A stretch of DNA of 63,477 nt, filler included, from Folioceros fuciformis (taxonomy: Eukaryota): the NCBI GenBank assembly GCA_049999805.1. It is 11 parts of 11 records of this genome, joined end to end, with 100 filler letters (N's around TTAATTAATTAA, not from the genome) between each part and the next. Parts side by side here need not be neighbours in the genome. Positions count along the whole stretch, not along the records: positions 18,492 to 25,895 come from JBNGIO010001782.1; positions 25,996 to 37,660 come from JBNGIO010001784.1; 9 more parts are not named here. One strand, 5' to 3'. The notes below the pieces were generated by a model, which was not told the origin of the DNA, did not search any database, and saw only the letters and a program-made list of their open reading frames with translations. This document shows, in pieces, positions 23,846 through 34,659 of the stretch; within the stretch, counting starts at the first letter, position 1; every line of letters starts with the position of its first letter. The position numbers and the translations under genes are program-made.

Positions 23846-26722
23846 CGTGTATTTAGCAGTGATAGGGTACAATGTAATCTTGCACCAGATAGCTGTGTTA
23901 CTCCTACAGTGAGACAATATTTGTCATACAGGCATTGGCAAACTGCCAGTATAAAATTGTTGAGCCGAAGATCACATATCTTATGCATTTGATCGTATGG
24001 AGTCTGTGCTGTCTGCAAGCGCATGTGAGGGAAGGAGAAACCACGTTGCAGGCCTTCCCTCTGCATGTGTTGCATGCTTGTCAGGCACCAACTCCCCACC
24101 GACTGGTATTGCGTAATAGTCCGGGTGAGTTCATAAGGCCAACCGTGAAGGGGTGGTGTACCCTTACACGCACGGTTACCCGGCGCAAGGCATTGAGAAA
24201 GAGGAGAGAAATTGGAAGGTATGTTGTCACCAAACCAAACCAAAGCTGAGTTGTCCAGCATGGACGGACGAGCGACTGGAGCTGGCCCCCGGCCGCGTGG
24301 TAGCTGAATGACTGCACAAGTGCGGCAAGGCAAAGGATGTAGGCACCGCGGCGGATGTGAGACGCCGACAAGCTAGGACACGTCCAAGGTAGAGTAGTGT
24401 AGTGGGAATTGGTGGGGGCGTGGGCAAATGGGCATGGCCGCATGGCGTATCCGTCCCTCCCTCGTCGCCGCGGAATGGATGGCCAAGTTTCCGCGTTTCC
24501 AGCACATGTTCACACGCGCAGCGCAGCCTTGACTCCGGACCTCTGGCTCCAACAGGATTCTCATTGGCTTGTCACCCGTCCGCCAGACCAGCCCGCTTCC
24601 TTCTCTGTACACACTGTTGTACTTTACTTTGAATCAGATCTCAATGCTGCTCCCTTTCCTTTTCTGTTGCCCTCCACCTGATAGGCCCAGCCCAGCCCAC
24701 CCGAGCCCAGTCCAGCCCAGGGCTCCTGCTCCTCTCCGGTTCCCGTCAGAGGCCCAACCTCCTGGCTGCCTCCGGATCTTATCGGGCTTCATACCTTCAT
24801 ACACACTATGCTCATGTCATGCTAGAGTATGCCTACATGTATACATACGCTGGCAGAGGCCGGAGGCAGGATATTCCAAGAGGAAAGAGTGTGTGATGAG
24901 GAGACCGGAGCAGCTTAACTAACAAGCGGATCCCCAGTCATAACAGCAGGCAACGGCAGGGGTGCAATAATGGTAAAAAGAAGGGCATCTCTGCGTGCTG
25001 CATCATGGCTTGCAATACCACGGCGTGCAGTGCAGTGCACCTCCATCCATCCTGGCTCCAGGCTGCCACACCGACGGCCACCCTTTCTTTTCCACTAGTC
25101 TAGCCCTGCCTCGCCTCGCCATCCTGCAAAAGCGGTGGCACTTCGGATGTGCACTGGACTGGACTGGACTGCATACCTACTTGTAACATGGGCGTGATGA
25201 GATTGGGCGTGAAGTTTGAAAGCATGGCCTGCCCTGCCCTGCCCCTCGATGTGATGCCCTGCATGCAAAGCATGTATGCACATGAACAGGCATCAACAGT
25301 ATCCACGACGTTACCCACCACAACGCAATGCAGTACAATCCAATCCAACACTCTTCACCCTTCCCGGAGCGAGAAACGCTAGATCCTGCACTAGCGTTAC
25401 TACCACTCTTGCATGTGCAGCTGAGTAATATCGGATAATACGGTCGCCTGTAGCATCTCTATCCACCATGTGGCGAAGGCGGAGCTTGATACCAGTGATT
25501 GTAGAGCACGCGCATAGTTAGGGCCTTGGCCTCCAAACGTAAACGCATTGGAGCATTGTAAGATAAGCGACGCTTTCTGGCAGCATCCGGAAAAGATGCG
25601 TCCAACCAGCCGACATCCCAGGCGGTAGCCAAAAACAGGGGCTGGAGAGGTAAATCGGAGGAGATGGCGAACGTGGGACCCGATGGGAATTGGAATTGGA
25701 ATTGGAATTGTTGTGCTGTGCTTTGTGCCCGGCCGCGGGCCAACGTAACCCTCCTTTTTTTTTTCCTTTTTCTTCTCTTCGTTTTCTTTTCTTTTCTTGC
25801 CTGGCTTTGCTCCTGGAGTCCCTACCGAATGAATCGAAATAGCGGAGTCAGAACCAGAGAAACCAGCCTGCCCTCCCTTTAAAGCTACATAGGTGNNNNN
25901 NNNNNNNNNNNNNNNNNNNNNNNNNNNNNNNNNNNNNNNTTAATTAATTAANNNNNNNNNNNNNNNNNNNNNNNNNNNNNNNNNNNNNNNNNNNNGAATG
26001 GAGGAGGAAGTGAGGGGGATGGGGGCGGCCGCAACCCCTGCCTCTAGCCCTAGGTAGGGAACGGCCTCTATGACCGTTTAGGCCAGGCAGGCAATCAGCT
26101 AGCCTGACGTCAGACCTTGACCCCTAACACTGACATACCCCGCATATTCCCGTTCCTATGTTCAGACCATTATTTTATTATTTTATATTATTCTGCTATT
26201 ATTTAATTATTTAATATTATATATCTTTAATTAATATTAAACTAATCACTAGACCTAGACTCAGACTTTCCCAACTCTATAGCCCAGTACCAGACTTAAA
26301 TTTTCCCAGGTCTGGGACCAGACCTGTACCCACTCTAATAACCAAACCAACTATTTCCTAGTCAATTAACCTAATAAGCACAAAGAAAAATAGGAAAAAT
26401 AACCAGAAAATAAAGAAAAATTAGGGAAAAGAAGTAGAAAAAGAAAACCAAACCATACCACTATTAACCCTTTTTCAACCAAAACAAACTACTACCCCAA
26501 ACTTTGGATGTTCACAGATTCTGACCCATAAGGCTCTTCGACAGCAGTTGCCGAATTCTCACCTTCTAAAACTAGAAGTGGATTCTGACCTCTAAGACAG
26601 ACAGCATAATTGACCCAATCAAAACTAAGTGCTATCTATTATCTTCTCTCAACACCCTACAAAAGTGGATTGGTCAGCTTCTAAAACCAAAAGCCTATTT
26701 CAGCTCATCAATCCACTCTTTA

Positions 26723-28781
26723 TCAATTGCCTATGTTCCACCTCACCGTCTTTTTCTTCTTATACACAACTTCCTCCAAACCAACATATCGTTTCAGTCT
26801 ATTTGTGCCCTCATTCTCAGCAAAAGTTTCCAACACTTGTTTCCGCTGAGGTTGTTCGTTTGCCTGTGCCACTAATTGTCTCACCTTTTGTTGAGTTTGC
26901 TCCATAATGGAGGCTATCCCAAAAGATAAATGTGAATGCTCAAATGCGGTATCACATACTTCAGCACATGCCGTTTTAATAAAATCCAACCGTTTTTCTT
27001 TTGTCATCTCCAATTCTGTCTTACATATTGGTGCCACCAAGGGGTTACTAGGCAAGATGATGTGTGGAGCTTCTTCATCCTGCATCCAAAAAGCCATAGC
27101 TAAGTTGTTGGTATCACTACTTTCAGCAACATACGCTCCATTTGTTTTTCCATTTTGCCTAGCTGCTGCTGCACCATCCTTGTATATGCCAAGGAGTTGT
27201 TGAACTTTCACTATATGCTTGCAGATGAAACCTTTGTTCCCCACTGGACATGAGCATGTAGCCCAAGGAGAGTAAACATGTTCAATCACATACCACAAGT
27301 TAGGGATAATTGAGCTGATAGAAATAGTTTCTGCACCTTTCATAGCGGTTTGCTCCAAAGCCTCCAGCTTCTTGTTATGCCTGTATCCCCCTTCTTTCGT
27401 GAAGTGTTGGTACTAATAATGTCGGGCAACCACATTCACTAATTGGTGTAGTAACCAATCTAGTCTACGGCCAGGCAAACTTGACTTGCTAAATGCTGCA
27501 CGTTCTTTTATAAATCTATGGAATCCTTTCAAAACTGAAGTTGTATGTTGCCTTGCATGAGGCAACATTCTAGCATTACACAACCACATATCTATAGTCT
27601 CTCCCCATTGGACCTTCATATATCTCACAAAGTCTTCTTCACTTGTTTCCCACTTGTCACAAAAATTGTGTAGCATACTTCTTCCTATGGAAACATACTA
27701 TGAAGATGTGCTTGCCCTTGTGACATACATAATATCCCCTAGCTCTACCCATATTGAAATTCGATTACTTTGAGAGTGCACTTTCTTCAATAAATTCCGT
27801 CTCCACGCTTTTCGCACATGCCACAAACATAATAATATAGGCATATTATGATTCCACACTGAGCGAATAGCAGAAATCTCTGCTTGACAATCATCAACAA
27901 GGAATAAACTAAGCGCCCAATCCTTGTTGATCTTTTCAACCTTCTTCCGTAAAGCTGAAAGCCACCTGACAAGTGACTCAGTAGTAGCATCTTTTGTAAT
28001 AGCCCATGCTACTGGAACACCGTTCAAGTAATGGTCAAAACCCATCACAGTGAATAAGTGGTAGCGATACTTGTTCAATCCTAAAGTTGCATCCATAGCT
28101 AGCACATTACCATTCCCATAAAGCAAAATGCAATTTAACATAAAAGGAGTTTGAATGCCCAAAGCGAAAGGTTAATTCTCGCTTGATTGGTGGAAGACTA
28201 TAGACGCATTTTGCTCCAACCACAGGGACACTGATGTGGCATGATCCAGGCCTAGCTTCTATTCACTAACTTCAACTTGTGTAAGTATATTGAGAACATC
28301 ATATCTTTGCACATGATCATCTCTTACTAGCTCATATACCTTTGTCTGATTGTTGATTCGGGCCGTAAGAACACCAATACCTGCAAGCTAGCCACACAAT
28401 GTTAATGCCTCCCTAAGTAATAAAACAATTTGCATACTTCAAACCTTCTTACCTAACATATAATGCAGTTGTATGCACTGTCAATACTGCATGGCGAGGT
28501 AAACTCCCCGGCCCCTTAGAATCCTTCTTGTAGAAGTTCGTAGGATGGGAACTTATAGCACTCATTCCCCCAATAAAGTCTCCCACACTAGAAAAGAGTA
28601 TATAAGCCACCTTCACATGTTTTTGCTGCCCTGGTGTCCTAGAATGGTCATATTGAGAAGAAACCCAGTTTAGGTCAGTATGGTTAAATAACCCTAATTG
28701 AGGAACGTGCACCACAAAAGGTGTGTTAGTTGGTAACTCTTCTAAGTTAATACAAGAACTCAAATCCATATTATTATCCAT
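26723..28781 (-). mobile_element. Mutator-like (MULE) transposase with SWIM finger, disrupted
   Basis: AMDATLGLNKYRYHLFTVMGFD...GVPVAWAI, FLVDDCQAE, LLCLWHV and SWIM CSCPVGNKGFICKH, split over several ORFs. Confidence 0.88.
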
Positions 28782-29474
28782 AAATCACATTTCCCTATCC
28801 CAAAGAGAAAAAACCCTAACCCTAATCTCAACTTTTAACCAAAATCCCTATCCCTAATCATAAGAGTGCTTGAAAGCAAAGATTAAATATGCCGCTCTAA
28901 ACTCACATCTCACGCTATGCAAATGACGGGAGTTCACATACCATAAGCTGGTGAGCCAGGGTGGTGCACTTGGGAGCCTTAAACAAGTATTATTAGTAAC
29001 GTGTAAGCGGGTAGGGACGAGCAGCTTTCTCATGTCCCGTGTTGCTGGTATGTAGTGCACTGGTGTCAAAACTTTTGGCCACCAATTCGAATTATGCATG
29101 ACTCACCATTAGCATGGTGATGGGCAAGGACATACAGAGATACATGTCGTGGCCGTGGATGGCCGTGCGGACACACGTGCTGGCCTTATGGCCATCGGGT
29201 ATCCATTTGCAAGCTGTTGGTCTGGGGCATGTACTTAGCAAGCGTAATAGTTGCTCCTATACCACATTGCTGGTCTAGGGCATGTTCTTAGCAGCGTAGT
29301 AGTTGCTCCAATGCCACGTCATGCCATGCTGTGCTGCAGAGGGCATTGGCATGCTTAGCGTCCCCCCCAAATATAGGGCCTACAGGACTAGACTATTTGG
29401 CCTTGAAAAAGGTCGCCATTTGCAACCTGGCGTATGGAGGATGTTGGTATGCCGATGCCCTCTGCCCGGAAGCG

Positions 29475-29857
29475 CTGGAAGTAGCGGATGGGCGGCCTCT
29501 TGCGTACTATACCATTCAGAAGGAGGCAACTCGACATCTTGTGTCGCGTTTGAGGGGAGGAATGTAAATTTTTGTGAAGAATCTGACTGGCAAAACATTT
29601 TAGTTCAAGTGAGAGCTCGGATACCATTGATAAGTGTTAAAGCAGAACTCATGACAAGCAAGGTCTTCCTCTTGACCGGCAGGGCCTTATCGTTGCTGGC
29701 GAAGGGTTGGAAGATCGTCGCAACCTCGCAGATTACAACATGCAGAATGGTTGCTCTTGCAATAGAGGGCGGTGATAGAATCGACATTTTCACAACCAAC
29801 ATTCAGGACAAAGGGGGCATTCCACCTGACCAGCAATGTCTGGTAAGCCGCTGGTAG
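29475..29857 (+). pseudogene. UBQ: Decayed polyubiquitin (parts of three head-to-tail units)
   Basis: DGRPLAYYTIQKEATRHLVSRLRGG runs directly into M*IFVKNLTGKT (ATG 29562, TAA 29565), then GLEDRRNLADYNMQ and IQDKGGIPPDQQCL, with frameshifts. Confidence 0.9.
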
Positions 29858-30272
29858 TACTCTGTCAGGTTACAATCCGTATGTAGCCACAAGGAATCTT
29901 CTTTTCATCTTTTCTTGACTTCGAGAGGTAGTTTCTGGAGTGGAGGAGGAGGTTAGCCCTGAAAATGACCTCCACATAGTGAATTAGCTTGATGGATGTG
30001 AAAGTGGCCTGTTGATGGGCTGCAATACTTTTCGAGCAAGAACCACACCGATATTTCACTGGTGTAGAAGATCTCCTGAGCGCTCAGTCTCAGGTATATC
30101 GCTCATTTCTGGCTTAAGGAAAGTAACAAGAACCTTGCACCAGAGATAAGTAGCTCAGCCTCCTGCAGTAGAGGTTCCGGTGCATGGAACAGTCAAAACA
30201 GAAAAAAGTCATTTCCTCCGCTTACATCCTTAGGCACTGGCTATTAGTCCAATATTCGAGCATCCATTATTC

Positions 30273-32657
30273 TCAAGGCCGACCTTTACAACTACAACAA
30301 CCGGATGCGAATCGATGCACACGGTAACCATCCCTCACAACAATGTTTCTCTGTTCAAGCCTTGACATGATCTCCGTGGAACTGTGGCAATCAATGCACA
30401 TCCGCAGGTTCTTTGTTACCACCATAGGTGTCCCAATCGGAGTGTTTAAGAGACCAAATGCCAGAGCTAGCTTTTCAGCATGCCCACAAAGCGCATCCTC
30501 CTTTTCCTTCTCACACAGTGGCTTCAACACCAACTTTGTGCGAGGTACGTGGCCTCCTTCCTGCTTCAGACGGGCATTTATGCTATCTACCTTGAACACA
30601 ATATCCTCCCTTCTTTCTCCCACCACAAATCTATGTATCTCCTTTTTCACCTCGATGGTTGCCACTGCAGGTTTCTTGTTAGCTCCTGCTGCCCGTCTCT
30701 GCGTTTCAATCCTGTCTACATCGGTCCACCTACCTGCATCTGCGTATGCATTGGCCATAAGCACGTATGGGGGCGCCTGCAGGGGGTCCAGCCGGACAAT
30801 GTTTTCAAAACACCACGTCGCCCTCTCTAGATCCCCATAACTTTTGCATGAATTCAGCAAAGACATCAACCCCACGACATCACTTTGCCCCTCACATGAC
30901 AACAGCATCTTCTCAGCCTCAAGTAACTGACCCGCACGCCCAAGAAGATCAATCATACACGTGTAATGCTCAATTGTAGGTTTGATGCCATGCTGTTCAC
31001 CCATGGAATTGAAGTACTTGCGACCCTCGTGGACCAGTCCCTCATGACTACATGCGACTAAGAGACAAGTAAAAGTAGCACCATCAGGCTGAATACCAGC
31101 AACTAACATCTCCTCAAAGCAAGCTAGCGCCTTGTGCCCTTCATCAGAAATACCATACCCAGAGATCAGGGCAGTCCATGTCACCACGTCCTTTGTGGCC
31201 ATGCTGTCAAACACCTGGCGTGCAGTTTCAAGTTCACCACATTTTGCATACATTTCCACCAGGCAGTTGCCCACCAATACACTATTCAGCAGTCCGCTTC
31301 CCACAATCTTTGAGTGCAACTGCCTGCCCTTCTGTAAAGCACCGGTGCTTCCACAGGCTTTCAGAAGGCAGGCAAAAGTAACATGGTCAGCCAAAATGAG
31401 GCCCTCCTTCTCCATTTGTCCGTACAGAACAAGTGCCTCCTGTCCAAGATCTTGCTGTGCATATGCTGCAATCAGCGTTGTCCATGTGACCACATCCTTT
31501 GTGATCATGCTGTCAAAAACCCGACGTGCATCTTCAAGTTGGCCAAATTTTGCATACCCAGCAATCAAGGCATTCCATGTCACCACATCCTTTGTCTTCA
31601 TGCTGTCAAAAACCTGCCGCGCATCTTTCAGTTCGCCACATTTTGCGTACATGTCAACTAGGCAGGTGCCAAGGAACAAGTTAACAGGAATGCCACTACG
31701 CAGTACATCACAATGCACCTTTCTGCCAGACTCCAAGTCTGTGGCCAATGCACACGCTTGAAGGGCAGCTAGAAAGACATGCGCATCTGCCTTCACCTCT
31801 GATATACGCATCTCATGGTACAATCGTATGGCCTCAGTAGGTTTTCCATGCTTAGCATATGCAGAGATTATGGAAAACCACATGAAGACATTTGGTCTGC
31901 CCACTCTGGTGAACACATCCATGGCCTCCTGCAGACTACCCCCGCATGCATACATGCGCAAGATATGATTCCCCAAGTACGCATCCGACTCGTACCCGAA
32001 TTTGACAGTGAGGTCATGAACTCGTCGCCCCACAACCAGATCCTTCTTAGCTGTACACAACTTAAGCACAGTGTAAAACAGAGATTGAGAAATAGCAGAG
32101 TGTGCCAGCGCCAGGGATTCCAAGGCTTCAACGGCCTCATAAAGCTTGCCCTGCTGACATAACATGCTCACGGTTACAGCCGTAACGAGGCCCATTTCCG
32201 ATCCAGCATTCCTGCCAGCTTCAGGCTTGCCTGAAAAGCTATACCCGGAAGGAGAGGGGGCATGACCCATCTGCACATCCAAGGAAACCAGCTGCTCATC
32301 AACCCAAGACGGCTTGAGCGTGCTATTCAACCACAGCACCTCGCCGGACCCCTTACGCCGGAAGTCAGGCGAACGGGAGCTATACTTATCTCGTCTGTTG
32401 TCCCACCACATGGTAGGATCCAAAAAAAATTGTTCCCACAAGTGTTCCTGCTCCTGGCGACGACCATCGCAGGTCAAAACGTCCACACCCACACATTTTC
32501 TCAAAAGTGGAAATGCTGAGCTCTTCAAACTGTTGCACCTGGAGGCTTGGTGGATTGCAGGGATTTGACTCCCAGAAGTGAGATGAGCAGGAGCCCCTCC
32601 AAGAATCCCTGAACAAGCACCAATTCTTTGGGTCCACAGTAATCCCCGCCGACGCAT
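30273..32657 (-). CDS. PLS-class PPR protein with N-terminal OSB-type PDF motif and C-terminal E1-E2-DYW:KP (GRP-type) domain; putative organellar U-to-C RNA editing factor
   Basis: Intact intronless ORF, open to 33029, with the likely start MRRRGLL at 32657. It contains WEQFFLDPTMWWDNRRDK...SPDFRRK...LWL, about 13 P/L/S repeats, KKPAVATIEV, HAEKLA, RMCIDCH and the C-terminus CCSCKGRP*. Confidence 0.95.
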   Translation of the reverse strand: MRRRGLLWTQRIGACSGILGGAPAHLTSGSQIPAIHQASRCNSLKSSAFPLLRKCVGVDVLTCDGRRQEQEHLWEQFFLDPTMWWDNRRDKYSSRSPDFRRKGSGEVLWLNSTLKPSWVDEQLVSLDVQMGHAPSPSGYSFSGKPEAGRNAGSEMGLVTAVTVSMLCQQGKLYEAVEALESLALAHSAISQSLFYTVLKLCTAKKDLVVGRRVHDLTVKFGYESDAYLGNHILRMYACGGSLQEAMDVFTRVGRPNVFMWFSIISAYAKHGKPTEAIRLYHEMRISEVKADAHVFLAALQACALATDLESGRKVHCDVLRSGIPVNLFLGTCLVDMYAKCGELKDARQVFDSMKTKDVVTWNALIAGYAKFGQLEDARRVFDSMITKDVVTWTTLIAAYAQQDLGQEALVLYGQMEKEGLILADHVTFACLLKACGSTGALQKGRQLHSKIVGSGLLNSVLVGNCLVEMYAKCGELETARQVFDSMATKDVVTWTALISGYGISDEGHKALACFEEMLVAGIQPDGATFTCLLVACSHEGLVHEGRKYFNSMGEQHGIKPTIEHYTCMIDLLGRAGQLLEAEKMLLSCEGQSDVVGLMSLLNSCKSYGDLERATWCFENIVRLDPLQAPPYVLMANAYADAGRWTDVDRIETQRRAAGANKKPAVATIEVKKEIHRFVVGERREDIVFKVDSINARLKQEGGHVPRTKLVLKPLCEKEKEDALCGHAEKLALAFGLLNTPIGTPMVVTKNLRMCIDCHSSTEIMSRLEQRNIVVRDGYRVHRFASGCCSCKGRP

Positions 32658-33497
32658 CCCCTGGGCCTGGAGCGACGCCTGGAACAGCGTAGGGCAACTG
32701 CCAGTGCTATGTGGAAACGGGATGCGAACATAGATGTACATATCATGGGTATCATCCTCCTTGTCGTCAGGGTATGATGTACTTTCTGTTGGGAAAGATG
32801 GGAAAGAAGAAGTACTTCTTTCTTTCCCATCTTTATAAATAATGCGAGCTCCATTCGTGAATCGTGAGAATGGTACAGAACAGGATATGTACGAAGGACA
32901 CATTTTAGTCAATTGTTCATATTTGTGCGCAGGCAGCGTCAAGTCATTGGATCTCAAAAACGTGCTGCCGCTGTTCGTAAGCTGCACCCGTTTCGCCACA
33001 TCTGATCCAATTATCCCAGGTCTCCACATTATTCGTGATGGGGATATTCCAGGTGCGGCTTATGACTCACTACTAGTCTTACATTAGTTTTTCCTGGGTA
33101 TCTATGAGTGTCTTGGCTTTTGATTCCTCATTTTCCTATTTCCTCTTTGGGAAACGAACCAAACCGGACCCTCCACCAAAGGGGACACACAATTTGGAAG
33201 AGACAAGAAGGGGAGGAAACACCGCCTAGCCGTTCTCTTTCTAGTTCCTCACTTCCACATCAACACTGCAATCTCGCATGAAAGCTTTCATGTCTACTTT
33301 CTATGGTTGGGGACAACATCTAATTGGAATATGCTTTACGGTTTGGGTTAGAGGCAACGCTCATATTAGGATATGCCTTGTTATCTATGAATCCTTTGTT
33401 TCCGTTACCAACTAATGTTGTGAGAGTGCAAATCTGGGGGCCCAAATGAGACAAGTAGGAAGAACATAGGCAAACTGGATCACAAGGTGATTGTGGT

Positions 33498-34655
33498 TTT
33501 TTTTATCGTGAAGAAAAGAATTTTGATTAATATTGTCATCCTCTTACAATACTAACGGGACCCCTGCCTATGTATTTACATAGCATGAGTACCATGATCG
33601 GGAGAAAAAAACCGACCTCGTGTCCAGCCCTCTGGACAGGACGCGGAAAATGCTCCCCATCACCTGATATTAGCGGACTACTAAGACCATCTAGACGTAA
33701 ACCTCAAATTCACCTGAGGGCCATGGGGGCTCACCTTCCCCAAGGGCATGCATGATTCCAGTGATTGTCATTCCCAATAACTAGGAAGACCGCCGACCTC
33801 CATTCACTCCGCTTGAACTGTTTTCGATGAGACTGCCTCAAACTTTTCGCCGCAATTAGTAAATGCTCCCAAATGCACCATAGTAGAGCCTTAGATGAGG
33901 CTGGCTCATTACCTCCATAGACCACGGTAGACCAGTTGACCCAAAGATGAAAAAGGCACGAAGACCATAGTAAACCCCACCATTGCGACTGAAGTAGAGC
34001 TTTGCCCTAGGTTGCATCCAACCCAAATAGGGTAGTTTGCTTCGTGATCCTGAGGCTGGTATCAGGGAGAATCCTTTGCAACCAACTACCCACCTCATTC
34101 CATATCTCTTGGGCAAAACTACAATGGAAGATCGTGTGTTGGCTTTTGTTTGGGGCACCATAGGTACACAGTCAATACTGGTCTTCTCCCGTAGCAACCA
34201 ACAACCCATCCCGACGATCCGTGTTAGGCAAACAAGCTTTAAAAAGCACCAAACCGTCGCCCTAAACCTTGGGAGGAATTCCTACTGACTTCCAAAGCAA
34301 CTTGATAGCTTTTCTTTGTTGCCGCACAGATAGCTATAACCTGGGAGCCATTGATTGCCGTTGCTTGAGTTTCTACGCTCGTACCATCCAAAGGAAGATG
34401 TCCGTTGTTGGAAAGTTGAAAAAAGACCGAAGGTTTACTGCCTTGCACCTTGGCCTCCTGGGCCATTTGTAGAGATTTGGTCTTAAGGTCAAATCCCAAT
34501 TTTTCGCAAGCCGAAACCAACATTGTATGGCTGACTTGTCCGAGGTTTGTGGCCCACTAGAACGTTCGACTTGAGTGCACCACCGCCCTGCGCGAACAAA
34601 CTTAGAGAGAACCGTGTGTTGAAATAGCACCACAGGCCTAGAAGGACTCCACAAT
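33498..34655 (-). mobile_element. Degenerate LINE 3' end (zf-RVT-like region) with short A-tail
   Basis: Minus-strand translation with stops gives LLWKSVGIPPKV, QHTIFHCSFAQEIW and CLFHLW. A T-run at ~33498-33505 matches a poly(A) remnant. Confidence 0.6.
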
Positions 34656-34659
34656 TCCT

